Positions 1 through 13,640 of a DNA stretch of 64,000 nucleotides are shown one piece after another (the stretch's first letter is position 1; every line of letters starts with the position of its first letter). The notes beneath the pieces were generated by a model. The model had not been told where the DNA came from, searched no databases, and worked only from the letters and a program-made list of their open reading frames with translations. The translations under genes were made by a program, and so were the position numbers. Origin of the DNA: the human T2T-CHM13v2.0 reference genome, Homo sapiens; the NCBI RefSeq assembly GCF_009914755.1, contig NC_060945.1, one strand, 5' to 3'.

Positions 1-408
1 GCCACATGTGGTGATAGCCTCAGGGAAAACCCACACTCCAACATTTATGAAGCAGATGCTCTGACCTCAAGCCCAGACCTCTACAAAATGCAGAGTGTGG
101 GGCAGCAGGCTGGGTCCTCGGCTGAAAGCAACCCGATAATTGTCATTCTTCTTTTCTTGGGGGAGCCATGTCATTTATAAAAATACAATGGGATTCTGAA
201 CCTCAGGACTGGGGGGAGGATTTGTGAGAATTATTGCCCCATCAATGTCTTCAGACTGAGACGTTCGTGCTCTGCCTTCTAAGAATACTGGGTTGACGCA
301 GTGGGAAATTGATAAGGTTCCAGGAAACTCTATGGAGAAATGTAGTACAGAATGTATTGATTCTGTTTCTCTTCAGAAACCTTAAGAATGTATGCACAGG
401 GAAGTCAG

Positions 409-1075
409 TTTTGGAACAGGAATGTTTACCCAAGGCCTGTACCAACATTGTACCTTGGAAGTAAATAACTTATCTTTGATTTTACAAGCTCATGGGTGGA
501 AGGCACTTGCCTTGAGTCTCAAATGAGACTTTGGGCTTTTGAGTTAATGCTGGAATGAGTTTAGACTTTGGGGGACTACTGAAAAGGGATGACTGTGTTT
601 TGCAATGTAAGGACATAGCTTTGGGGGGCCAGGGGTATAATAATATGATCTGGATGTTTGTCTTCCTGACACTCATGTTGAAATGTAATCCCCAGTATCG
701 GAGGTGGGTTTAGTGGGAGGTGTTTGGGCCATGGGGGTGGATCCCTCATGAATGGCTTGGTGCCTTCCTTGTGGTAATTCTTGAGTGAGTTCTTGCTCTG
801 AGTTTATGTGAGATCTGGTCTAAAAGTGTGTGGCACCTCCTCCCCCCTCTCTCTTGCTCTCTTTTTCACCATGTGGTGGACTGGCTCCCCCTTCACCTTC
901 TGCCATTATTGTAAGCTTCCTCAGGCCTCACCAGAAGCTGAAAAGATGCTGGTGTCATGCTTGTACAGCCTGCAGAAGCGTGAGTCAAAATAGGCCTCTT
1001 TTCTTGATAAACCTGAGGCTTTTCTGTATAAGACTCAGGTATTTCTGCGTAGCAATGCAAGAATGGACTAACACA
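409..1075 (+). mobile_element. MaLR MST-family element: internal 3' fragment (~409-640) plus 3' LTR (641-1075)
   Basis: MST/THE1-int terminus (...gactttggg...ggggccagggg) followed by an LTR ending gaatggactaacaca. Confidence 0.85.
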
Positions 1076-1139
1076 GCTGTCACCATGGCAGGAGCAGGTG
1101 ATGGAAGAATATGCCCGCCTTCTTGGCTCCTCACAGTTG

Positions 1140-1578
1140 CATGGCATGTGTGCCTGTGTATTTGTGTGCATATGTGTGTATATGTGCATGTTTGGGAGTG
1201 TTCTGCTTATGTTTGTGTGTGGATATGGTGTGTCTGTGTATGTATGCTGTCGTGTATGTGTGTATGCATGCATGTATATATATGCTGTGTGCTGTGTCTG
1301 TTTATATGTCTGTGGTATGATGTGCATTGTGTAAATTTGCATGTGTGTGTGTATAAATATATGGGATGTGTGGCTGAGTGTGTCTATGTATGTGTGTGTA
1401 TATGATACATAGCATATATATGTGTGTATGTACATATATGTATGGTGTGTGTGTCTATATGATTTGTCTATGCATGTGTATGTGTGTTTGTATGTCTCTG
1501 TGTGCGTGCATATATGGTCTGTATATGTGTGTTTGTGGGGATTTGTGTGTTTGCTTGTGTGTGTGTGTCTTTGTGTGA
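1140..1578. repeat. Degenerate (TG)/(TA)n microsatellite, ~440 bp
   Basis: Directly visible alternating TG/TA tract. Confidence 0.95.
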
Positions 1579-1619
1579 AAAGCAAGGAAGGGAGAGAGAC
1601 ATTTGTTTTGTGTCTGCCA

Positions 1620-1953
1620 CAGGGGTCAGCAAACTATAGTCCACAAGCCAAGTCCAGCCTGCTGCTTATTTTTATATGGTCTGCAAACTAACAATAATTT
1701 TTACATTTTCAAGTGGTTGACAAAAAATCAAAAGAAGAATTATATTTCATGACGTGAAAATTATATAAAGTCCAAATTTCAGTGTCTCACAAGTAAAGTG
1801 TATGGGAATGTGACTAGTGCTCATTCACACATAGTCTGTGGCTTCTGTCATGCGACAATGGCAGAGTTGAGTGGTTGTGACAGCGACTGTGTGGCCTATG
1901 AAGCCTAAAAATGGACTACCTGGCCCTTTGCAGAAAATGTGTGCCAGCCCCTG
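1620..1953 (+). mobile_element. MER58-family hAT-Charlie MITE (MER58B-like)
   Basis: TIRs caggggtcagcaaac ... gtgtgccagcccctg; degenerate 8-bp TSD gtctgcca/gtcttcct. Confidence 0.85.
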
Positions 1954-2178
1954 GTCTTCCTTACATGGGAACTTTTCATGGTTTATCTCGTTTAATCCCC
2001 CTTTAATCCTGTGGTGCTTTTTTGTCTTCACTGTACCAATGCTTGAGGTAAGGGCAGGAGCCTGGAGTCACATAGCTTCTGGTCTGAGTCTTTCAGACTC
2101 CACGATGGGCACACTGTCTACTCTCCCTGCCGGGTGACACCTCCCTCTCAACCTCCATCACTCTTAGGATAAAATCTA

Positions 2179-2484
2179 GGCCAGATGCGGTGGCTCACAT
2201 CTGTCATCCCAGCACTTTGGGAGGACAAGGCGGGCGGATCACCTGAGATCAGGAGTTCGAGACCAGCCTGGACAACATAGTGAAACCCTGTCTCTACTAA
2301 AAATACAAAAATTAGCCTGGCATGGTGGTGGATGCCTGTAATCCCAGCTACTCGGGAGGCTGAGGCAGGAGAATCGCTGAGCCTGGGAGGCAGAGGTTGC
2401 AGTGAGCTGAGACTATGCCATTGCGCTCCAGCCTAGGCAACAAGAATGCAACTCTGTCTCAAAAAAAAAAAAAAAAAAAAAAAA
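2179..2484 (+). mobile_element. Full-length AluS
   Basis: ggccagatgcggtggctcac... dimer, poly(A) tail, TSD aaaatct. Confidence 0.95.
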
Positions 2485-5117
2485 TCTGAAATCCTACCAT
2501 GGCTTAGGAGGCCTGGCCAGGTCTAGCCCCAACCCAACCCTGGCTGTGCACCTTTCTCTCCCCAGAAATCACACTCTTGTCCCTCTAGGGCAGAAAGTCC
2601 CTCAGGCGTCCATGCCCTGTCTGTCTCAGGGCCTTGGCGCTTCTGCTTGGGCATCCCCCTGCAGCCATTTCCCAGATGCAGAGTCAGCAGCTTATTCCTT
2701 CCCCAGCATGTCCTGTGATTGCATGAGGGCTAATTCCTATAATAGATCGCTCAACACATATCATCTGTGTCATAATGCTTTCCTGATGGGACTCTAACGG
2801 ATACACCCTCCCTGTGCCCTACCAACCCCCAGACTGGATTAGTGCCTCTGTTACTATGTCACCTTAGACTTCTACTTCAACTGTGCTGATCACTAATGGC
2901 ATAACTGTTTGCATAATTATTTATTGGATGCTTATTTTCCCTTTAAATTCCATGAAGGTGGGTAGGCTCCATGCCAGCCTTGTCCCTACCATGGCTACTT
3001 AAATCAGAGCATGCATTTTCTATGCAGAATACTTACAGAATGAATGATTTATTCTAAAAGCAGAGAGGGGACATGAACATTGATTTTGCTTTTAAGTGGT
3101 GGTTCACATTGTTTGCAGAATCTCTCAGCTGTCTAGAACCATTGACAAGTGCACTTGAGTGGCCACTTTCCACTCGCTGGCTCACCTGGTGCCCCAGCTT
3201 CTCAAAACAGGGGGACACAGGCATCCCCATGTGGCTGAAAGACACACATTTAGGGTAATTATCATTATGTATTTTGTTTGTTTGTTTGTTGGTTTTTTTT
3301 TTTAATTGGCCAGAAGGTCATTGTAGAGTTGGAATTTCCCTTTGTGGAGTCCCAGAAGCATGATGCAGAGGAATGAGCCTGGAAAGAAGAGATTGAGCCT
3401 AGTTTCAACTTGCTGTGTGGCCTTGGGCATGTCACCTCACTCATCTGAGCAACATGCTTATTGGTAAAAGACCTGGTTCTTCTCCCAGTGTGCCTATGGG
3501 TCCTTGAGTTTCTTAATTATTGATGGGTGCTTGTGAACTTTTAGTTGGAGGGAGGATTCCTGGATGTCCTACAATACATAAGAAAAGCCTGCAAAACTTT
3601 CAAATATCCCCAGAGACATTGATGTAATTGATAAGCCTGCTTATCTGAGATAATTTGTCACTATAAATATTTCACCATATACAAAAATATAAAATATGTT
3701 GTTCATACATGTAAGGTACTCTGAATTTTCCATGAATACAATACCTCGAATATCAGGGAAGGTTAAATAGGAAAGGACGGCATTCCATGAATGCTACACC
3801 TCGAATATCAAGGGAAGGAATATCAAGGGAAGGTTAGCTTTGTTAGGAGCTTCATCAAGAATTGCTTGCAATTTTAGAAAACTTATCACCAATAGCACTG
3901 CCACTTGTAGTCTTGGGTTGATAATAGAACACACATATACCCATTTAACTTATAACTGTTGCATTTCTTGTGATTCCAAGTATAGATTTGACAACTTCAT
4001 GTGTCTACTGGTGTAGACCTATCGAACGCTGCATTTGCTAGATCATAAACAACTTTCCTTTTATGTCTGCTTTATATAACATAGTGAATCACGTTGGAGT
4101 TTTTTGTCTAGAAGTTTAGGTATATAGGTAGGTTCCCTAATCAATTAATTTCAGAATCATAAAATAAGCATTGCAAAATAATTGCTATTCAAAATGAGGC
4201 TGCATTGGAAAGCACTGGAGTCTTTAGACGATCTGAATGTGAATATCCTTTTAGCTTTAAAACATGTCTGCCTTTTCCCCATTCCACAATGCCACATTTG
4301 ATTTCTAAAGGAGGTTTGGCAAAGGGAAAAGAGAGAAAACCCAAAATTAGCATGTTCAGGTATCGATATCTTCTTCTTCCATCTGTTCTTCCTCTTAACT
4401 GAATATTTGCATATTTATTGAAAACTTTTAGAGCAATGGAGGAGCACCAGTGACATCAAAGCTTCTTGGGAATTGAGTTGTGCTTGACATTGTCTTGTTT
4501 GCAAAATAGATTTTTCCAGTTGCAGAATTTAGCATTTACATGCAACAAAACTTGCCATTTAACATGATATAAGGGTTCTGTGTCTGCCTAGGATGTAGAA
4601 AACTGGAAAGAATGTCATTCAGACTTTAAGGAGAAAAAGCCAGATTAACTACCAAATCATGGCTTTTCCTGAACCCATCAGAGAGCCAGAGAGCAATCAA
4701 GTAGCTGGCCATCAAGGAAGGAGAGTCTCTCCCCCAAGAAAAGGCAGTGCACAAGCACCCTGGGGGTACCAGCCACAGGGGTTCACACTCACTCACAGAC
4801 TCTTCTGTAGACTTCCACCAGTGACCCCTCAGAAAGATTGCAGAGGGGAGCTGGAGAGAGCGTCTTTGGTAGTGCAGGTCTATAGGGCATGATTGGCACC
4901 ACTGAAGGGGTAGGGGGCCTGGGTGGCAGGGAGAAGGGGAAGAAGCAGAAAACCCCACCCTTCTGCCTGGTGCTTCCCTCATTGCAAAAGCCTTTAGCTG
5001 TTGACAGAGGAGGCAGTGGAATTTGTAGCCTCCAAGGCATAGAAACAGACCCATTGCTGCTAAGGGAAGGCTAGAAGACAAAGCTTCTACTCTGGGACAG
5101 AAAAGGCCTTGGGCTAG

Positions 5118-5521
5118 TGTATTAGTCTGTTTTGTACGGCTATAAGGGAATACCTGGGGCTGGGTAATTTATAAAGAAAAGAGGTTTATTTGGCTCATGA
5201 TTCTGCAGCTGTGCAAAAAACATGATGCTGGCATCTGCTTGGTTTCTGGTGAGGCCTCAGGGAGCTGCTACTCAGAGCGGAGAGTGGAGGGGGAACAGAA
5301 AGTCATATGGGGAGAGAGGGAGTAAGAGAGGGGAGGGAGGTCTCAGACTCTTTAACAATCAGATCTCATGCGAACCCACTCATTACCATGAGGATGGCAC
5401 CAAGACATTCATGAGGGATCTGCCCCCATGGCCCAAACACCTCCCACTAGGCCCACCTCCAACACAGGGAATCAAATTTCAACATGAGATTTGGAGGGGA
5501 CTAAAATTCCAGACAATATCA
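5118..5521 (-). mobile_element. MST (MSTA/MSTB-like) solo LTR
   Basis: tgtattagtctg...aattccagacaatatca; TSD gctag/gccag. Confidence 0.9.
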
Positions 5522-5644
5522 GCCAGAATACTATTCCATCACCATTAGGATCTCCTATCCCTAGGGGAGGGTAGGAAGGCTCACAACAGCTAGAAAGCAG
5601 AGCTTGGCTTTCATGGGAAGGAGGGTCGGGGACACTTAGAAAGC

Positions 5645-6193
5645 TGCTGGAGGGTGCCAGGATATTCCACCCTAAAATACATCTCTTTAGCATATGGATT
5701 ATTTTGAGCTAAAGGCCACTGACAACCAGCAGATGCAGAAAAAGCTCTAAAAATAGGGCAAAGTTTTCTTTATGTAAAAGAAATTTGCATTTAGAAAGGA
5801 AATTTCCATTTGGAAATGTGTCTCCATCTCCCATACCAGGAAGAGGAGAACTCTTAACTTTTATCAATGGAGAAGATGCAGACTCAAATTTGCATAGCAA
5901 ATCTAACAAAATAACCTTTGTTTACTTTCTCTGGTCCAATTCCCATAACTTGCCACCTTCCCTTCCCACTCCCCATATTCCCCTTACCCACATTCCTTTG
6001 TATAACATGGTATATAAGCCTCAATCATCTGGCACCTCCCTGAGATGGATTTTTTTCTTTGTGAACTCCCAAGCATTTTTCATAATTAAAATGGTTTTTT
6101 TCCTCTTGCTAATCTGTCTTTTATCAGTCTGATTCCCTGACCCCAGCCATTGAACCTAGGAGAGTAGAGGGCAAAACATTTTCCTTCATTATG
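5645..6193 (+). mobile_element. ERV1 solo LTR, MER34/MER39-like
   Basis: ccaccctaaaata...gattattttgagctaaaggc signature; TATA (gtatataagc ~6010) and ATTAAA ~6085. Confidence 0.75.
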
Positions 6194-6493
6194 CTATATT
6201 CTTAAGCCCCAAACACACAAGGACTATCTAAGACTGATGCAAGCCTAGGACAACAGAGATCTGCTTGCAACCTGCCACCAGCCTTGCAAATACTGAGTGA
6301 CAAACAGCAGCATCTACTGATGGTGAAGGATGGAACTTGAAGAAACATCCTCTGTGAGGCTGGCACATAGGATTGTGCAAAAGCTGAGTTAGTGGAGTAA
6401 GATCAGTGAGAAAAACCTCTGAGCACTAAAGCCCCCATCCTAAGCTAAAGCATTGTTAATGGGTTGCAAAAGCTTTGGCACAGGGATGGTAAT

Positions 6494-6862
6494 TGTATAA
6501 GTTTACTAGGGCTGCTGTAACAAAGTGCCACAGGCTGCAGTAGCTGAAAACACAGAGATCTATTTTCTCATAGTTCTAGAGGCTAGAAGTCTGAGATCAA
6601 GGTGTCAGCAGGGTTGGTTCCTTTGAGGCCTCTCTCCTTGGCTTGCAGATGGTCATCTTCTCCCTGTGGCTTCACACAGCTTTTTTGTGGTGTCCATGCA
6701 TCCCTGTTCTCTTTAATAAAGACATCAGTCAGATTGGATTAAGCCTTAATTATGATTTCAATTAAACTTAATTACCTCTTTAAAGACCCTATCTCCAAAT
6801 ACAATCACATTTGGCTTCAACATAGAAATTTTTGGGGAGGGGACAGAATTCAGTCCATAATA
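6494..6862 (-). mobile_element. MLT1B/C-like solo LTR
   Basis: gggctgctgtaacaaagtgccaca...aattcagtccataata; TSD gtaat/gtaac. Confidence 0.85.
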
Positions 6863-7197
6863 GTAACCATAGCTAAAACAAAAACCTAAAGCAGTTCAAT
6901 CCTAACTAGATTTACTCAATGCCACTTCTTGTCTTAAAAAAAAATCACCTATCACTGTAGGTATTTTCCCTATTGCTGCATAGTCGTCATGGCTGCCATT
7001 TTTAATGGCTGCTGATGGTTTCTTTGAGTGCTTTCTTGTTCTTCACTTATGCCTTTCTCTATCATTGCACATTTTAGGTTAGTTCCATTTTTTTCCCGTA
7101 AAGAAAAATCCTCATGCACATCTTTTCCCATAGTTTGGAATAGTCTCTCAAGATAGGTTCTGAAAAGAGAAATGATTGCATCAAAGGGCATGACTCC

Positions 7198-7572
7198 TGT
7201 CATGGGCTGAATTGTGTCCCTCCAACATTCATATATTGAAGCTCTGGGTCCCAGTGAGATGGTATTGGAGATGGGGCCTTTGGGAGGTAATTAGGGTTAA
7301 GCGAGTTCAGAAGGGTGGGGCCTTAAGCCAATGGAACTGGTGACTTCATAAGAGGAGGTGGAGACACCCAAAAGCTCTCTGTCTCCAGCTGCCATATGAG
7401 TACACAGCAAGAAGGTGGCTGTCTGTAAGCCAAGAAAAGAGCCCTCACCAGGAATGGGATTTGCTGGCATTTTGCTCTTAAAATTCTAATTTCCAAAACT
7501 GTGAAAAAAAAACTTCTTTGTTTAAGCCACCCAGTCTGCAGTATTCTGTGTGAGTCCAAGCAAATGAATGTA
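7198..7572 (+). mobile_element. MLT1A-like solo LTR
   Basis: tgtcatgggctgaattgtgtccc...tttaagccacccagtctg; TSD actcc/acccc. Confidence 0.85.
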
Positions 7573-8691
7573 ACCCCTTTTATATGCATTACTTTTCAAA
7601 AAATGTATCAACCTGCCCTTGCCTACATTAACAGCCATCTGCCTTTTTTTCTGACTGTTTGTATAAACTTCTTAGTACTTATCCCTTCTAAATTAAGTTT
7701 TCTGTCATCTGTAAATGACAATTCACATGCACTCCCTCATGTAAATAATTTACAAAGCTATATGTCAGATTCTAGCACTAATATCCAATAATTCAAAATC
7801 ATATATTTTGTATCTTTAAGTCCATCAATAACAAAGTAGTCCTTCTAATTCTGATATTTCTCTTTTTCTCTCTATTTCTTGGATAATCTTGTTCATGTAC
7901 CAGGAAACACACACATAATAAAAATCATCTCCCTCCAAAAAACTCAAACAAACCCCAAACCCCAAATAAAAAACTCTTTAAGGCCATACAAATTCATTCC
8001 TAACCCTTATAAGTATTTTAACATAAACATTTTTCTAAAGCATATTTATATGTATCTTAATACACAAAAAGCGTTAGTTAAATCCTTGTTGCTGTTAAGT
8101 AATTTGTGTTAGTTTAGAAAAGGGAGAGGAAAACTTAAATGAAACATTTTTCTTTCATGTGAGTCAGCAAATACTGTGAGTGAAAATTATACAGAAATTA
8201 AAAATGAATAGCCAAGGAGAGATTTACCATAGTTGGATGATTTGACTTCTAAGATAAACCCTGACTCACGCTAGAAAATGGCCTCTCTGGGACTCCAGAA
8301 GTATCATGTCAATGGAAGGGCAAATTTTGTTCAGAACATTTATTTTATTATCTTTGATAGAAGCTACTTCAAAGTCAGGCAACAAACATTTATTAATCTT
8401 CCAAGGTTTCTTAGGACATAAAGAATAAAGTGCTATCCTCATAGAATTTTCAAGTTATTGGTTTTGTCAAATTGTTGTTTTAAGGTTGAATGATGATTGC
8501 AATTTTCCCTGTGGACTTGCATTTGAGTTCTCACATGAGCTAATACTCTCTGAAAGAGAAAAATTTCTTTGCTTCTCAGGTCTGTTTACTTTATATTTCT
8601 TCTCTATTTAGTTTATATTTCTTGCAGCCAATGTACAGGTCAGGACTTTTTGAGGTATTAGTGAAATTTTCAGATGATCCAAAATTGTCAC

Positions 8692-9160
8692 TGTCTTAGT
8701 TTGTTTCATGCTGCTATAACAGAATACCTGAGAATAGATACTTTAGAAAGAACAGAAATTTATTTAGCTTATAGTTTTGAGCGCTGCAAAGTCCAAGAGC
8801 ATAGTGCTGGCATCTGGTGAGGGCCTTTGTGCTGTGTCATCTCCTGGTGAAGGTGGAAGGAAAAGAGAGAAGGAGACAAAACAAGAGAGCATCCTTGTGA
8901 GAGACAGAGAGAGAGAGGAGAGGAGGGGAGGGGAGGGAAGGGAAAGGAAGGGAAGAGAAGGGAAGGGAAGGGAAGACAGCTGAACTCATCCTTTTGTCAG
9001 GAACCTGCTCATGTGATAATACACTCCTGTGATATAATGGCATGAATCCACCTATGACAACAGAGCCCTCATGACCTAATCATCTTTTAAAGGTCTCACC
9101 TGTCAATGCTATTGCATTGGAGATTAAATTTCCAGTATATGAACTTTTCAAACCATAGCA
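8692..9160 (-). mobile_element. MSTC/MSTD-like solo LTR with internal purine-rich expansion (~8900-8975)
   Basis: tgtcttagtttg...tgctgctataacagaatacc...caaaccatagca; TSD gtcac/gttac. Confidence 0.85.
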
Positions 9161-9259
9161 GTTACTTGGAATTAAAATTGGCTCTTAAATTCAGTTTCCT
9201 TATCATTCAATTTCCTGACAAAACATGTGACCCAGTAGTAGCAAAATTGATGGAGAGGA

Positions 9260-9640
9260 GGATTTTAGTTTGAGTCTCCTCCCCCACCAAATAAGGCGAT
9301 TCCAGAAAGCAAGAGTTAGAGAGTAGGGAGATTGACAGAGGGTTTGTCATACAAGGGTACCCTCATATGTTATCAGTATAATACATAAAGCCAATAGGGG
9401 TTGCTTCTGTAGTTGATGAGGGTTCAAGCCCAGTGGAGCCCCTGCAAGGAGTATGGGATGCCTCCCAGAAAGGTCTGCTTGAAGGACAGGAGGGTGCAAC
9501 ATTTATTCATCTGTTCCCATTCCCATTGGTTGGGGATATTAACCTCCTCCTCCCTTGCTCCCAACTACTGAGAAGACTCCAGAGCAGGCAAAAGTGAAAG
9601 ACCCAAGGTGGCCATCTGAGGTGAGATGCTGCAAAATGCA
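9260..9640 (-). mobile_element. Old ERVL LTR fragment (LTR16-like)
   Basis: atttattcatc...cccattggttgggg motif typical of LTR16 in reverse; heavily diverged. Confidence 0.45.
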
Positions 9641-9647
9641 AGATGGG

Positions 9648-9900
9648 TGATATGGTTTGGCTGTACCCCCCTCCAAATCTCATCTTGGACTGTATCTCCT
9701 ATAATTCCCACGTGTCATGGGAAGGACCTGGTGGGTGGTAATTGAATCATGCGGGAGGGTCTCTCCCATGCTGTTCTCGTGATAGTGAATAAGTCTCATG
9801 AGATCTGATGGTTTTATAAATGGGAATTCCCCCTGCACAAGCTCTCTTGCCTGCTACCTTTGTCTTCTGCCATGATTATGTAGAACTGAGTCAATTAACC
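9648..9900 (+). mobile_element. THE1 (C/D-like) LTR, 3'-truncated and internally deleted
   Basis: tgatatggtttggctgt...gtgaataagtctcatgagatctgatggttttataa...tgagtcaattaa. Confidence 0.9.
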
Positions 9901-11963
9901 AAGAGTTGACTTTTTAAGTCTTTCTGCTTTATTGGTAAACTGCTGAGAAATTGTACTACACTTGCAACTACTCTTTGATTATGATAATTATAAGGAAACA
10001 AATTAATCAATAAATCTGGGGGTATTAATGGACATTCTTCTGTTGTTCTTGATATGCAATTGGTTCTTCTTGTACAGATCTGTAGGAATAGCTAGACTTA
10101 AAATTAGTGCATGTGACATGCTTTAAACATATTTGTTTTTTCAGGGCAATTGTGGGCAAGTGCAATAGCAGCCTGCAAGAATGCAACATTTATGTATATT
10201 CTCTGGAAAATGCACAACCCTAACCTTCCAAGACAAAGACAAATTGTAGTAAGAGCATTGACTATGGTCGGCCATGTTTAAGGATAACTCCAGAATACTC
10301 TTGACTTTTTATTCCATCATTAAGATAAAAATAAGTAATAACATGTGTCTGAGTGTGACACTACATAAAATCAAGCTGTGATTTATGCCTTCTTAAAAGT
10401 TTAAAATACTGAACGGATTACTGAGGTTAGAAATGAAATAATGTAGAGTCAACCAGGTGAACATTTAAATGAATGTTTTAAAAAGCAGGCTATTAACATC
10501 ATTACCAAGTAGCAAGGTAGTGAGTATTGTTATGAGATTTCATGTTTCCTTTGGGGAGGGTGGGCTGGGAGATTTTGCCATCGTTTTCACATAGTAGTAA
10601 GCTTTTTTTTGGAATAAATGGATTTCAAGGACTGCTTAAATTTAGGATGAGATAATGATAGGGGATTGGAGATGAGTAGACTGGGATTCCAAAGATGACT
10701 TGAAGATGATGAAACTGTGGTCAGCAGTGCACTTAGTACATTTTGCAGAGAAGAACACATACTTTAGGCATTTCCAGAAAAGAATACGTACTTTAGGCAA
10801 TCTAGCAAAAGTTGTTGCTCTTAATAACGCTGAATTAATGGATAAAGAGAGATGTAGATGTGTAAAATGAAGAAGCCCAGTGAAGGTTGAAGAAATACAT
10901 GGAGGTGGTGGATTTTGTCCTTCACTATGGGAGGGAAAGATGTTGGAGAGATCCGAGGGGAAAGAAGTAATAGGAAGAGGAAGAGGAGGTCAGGGTATAG
11001 CCCAAGAGAAGTCAGGCAGCAGACACATGATCTAGTGAGAAACAGGCTTTAATGATGAGCAGGGATGAACCAGAATAAAGAACATGGAAAATATTATTAA
11101 GGACCTACCCTAGGGGAAGGTCTTTGGTAATTCGTGGGTGATGTGTTACTGAGAATCTCCTGAGGAAATGAGTAGTTTTGAATGGCCAGATTCTCCTCAG
11201 AGCACTTTTACCATACATCATCTTCCACTGTGTAACTGAAGTCCAAGTTTCACTTCCCATTTTTTGGTTGTTAAGTCCACTCATTAATGATTTGAGCAGA
11301 GTCTGCATGGAAACAGGTCTCCAGACAAGAGTCTCTTCAGTACTGCCAAGTGCATAGCTAGGGATTTCTCCTAGAAAGACTGCCTGTCTCTGGCACACCT
11401 CTCATTGAAGCGTTTAAGGGGTGCACAGGGCACAGTAATCCTTGCAAGACTTCTCCTTCCCCAGCCTCTCTACCGGTCTGAGGATATCATTAGGGCTACT
11501 TATCCACTTTCTCCTAAAAGACCATGAGAAATAATCTCATCACTCTGTACTTCTCAGCGTCTACCAGAATGTCAAGCCTTTGAGAAGACACTTTCCCCAT
11601 ACCCTGACTTGTGCCCTCAGGAGGTTCTTCACATTCCTTAAGAGGACTCAATCTTCCAGCCCTTCCTTACCAAGCAGATACTTCCACTGTGTCCTCTGGA
11701 ATCAGCACTATCATCAGCAAAACCCCGTGTACATCCAGTCTTTTCTCAGAAAGTTCTCTTCTTTGAGATCTGCTCTCCCCTGAGGACCCTGCTTTCTCCT
11801 GTAGTCCTCTTGAATGGTGGCTATTTCCTCTCCCATTCTGCATGGAGTATAGAGTTGGGAAGTATGGGAGTTATCCTTTCTGATTTGCATGATCTCTTCT
11901 TGATCATTTTCTTCCCCCTTTCCTAAAAAATTCTGGTCCTTTGAGGTAACTGCCATTACCATA

Positions 11964-12015
11964 TGAGTTAGTCTGGGTTCTCCAGAGAAACAGAACCAAT
12001 AGGCTATCTATCTAA

Positions 12016-12062
<47 letters not shown>

Positions 12063-12074
12063 CTATCTATCTAT

Positions 12075-12121
<47 letters not shown>

Positions 12122-12693
12122 ATCTATCTATATCTTCTACCAAGTGATTTACTGTAATAAATTAGCTCATGCTATTATGGAGGATGAGTTCAAGATTTGT
12201 GGTCAGCAAGTTGCAGACTCAGGAGAGTAAATGGTATAGTTCCTGCCCATCTTGGAAGGCCTGGGAACCAGGAGAGCCAATAGTGTAAGTTCCAGGCAAA
12301 GTCCAAGGGCATGACAACCAGGATAACTGATGATATAATTTTTAGTCTGAGTTCAAGTTCAAGGGAAGGAGAAGATCAATGTCCCAGCTCAAAGACAGTC
12401 AGGCAGAGAAAGAATTCCTTCTTACTCAGCCTTTGATTCTATTCATACCTTCAATGGATTGGATGAGGCCTACTCACACTAGGGAGGGTTATCTACTTGA
12501 CTCAGTCTACTAATTCAGTTGTTAATCTCATCCAGAAACACCCTCACACCGACACCTAAAATATCATCCTTTATTGTTTGGATAAGTGGAGTATTGGAAC
12601 AATGGCTAAAATGAGAATAGAGAAGAAAAATTTAATTAAATATCTGGTCACCATGTGGCCCAGTCAAAATGACACATTAAAATTAACCATCAC
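11964..12693 (-). mobile_element. MLT2-family (ERVL) solo LTR containing the CTAT STR
   Basis: gggttctccagagaaacagaaccaatagg...gacacattaaaattaaccatcac. Confidence 0.85.
12004..12131. repeat. Compound tetranucleotide STR, D21S2055-type
   Basis: Read as [CTAT]2 CTAA [CTAT]11 CTA [CTAT]3 TAT [CTAT]2 TAT [CTAT]8 CAT [CTAT]2, matching the recalled D21S2055 motif architecture and the chr21 locus. Confidence 0.85.
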
Positions 12694-12779
12694 TCTGCAC
12701 TTGTCACAGGCCTCAGCTCATCTTCTGGTTACTTCTCCTTGCTCGCTAAAGGTTATAACATTCATGTCATTCTTACTAG

Positions 12780-13640
<861 letters not shown>

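Noticed and set aside
830-1691. Long overlapping ORFs (191 aa, 230 aa and others)
   Set aside because: They run through the (TG)n tract and an MST LTR; low-complexity C/V/M or H/T/Y translations from stop-poor repeat DNA.
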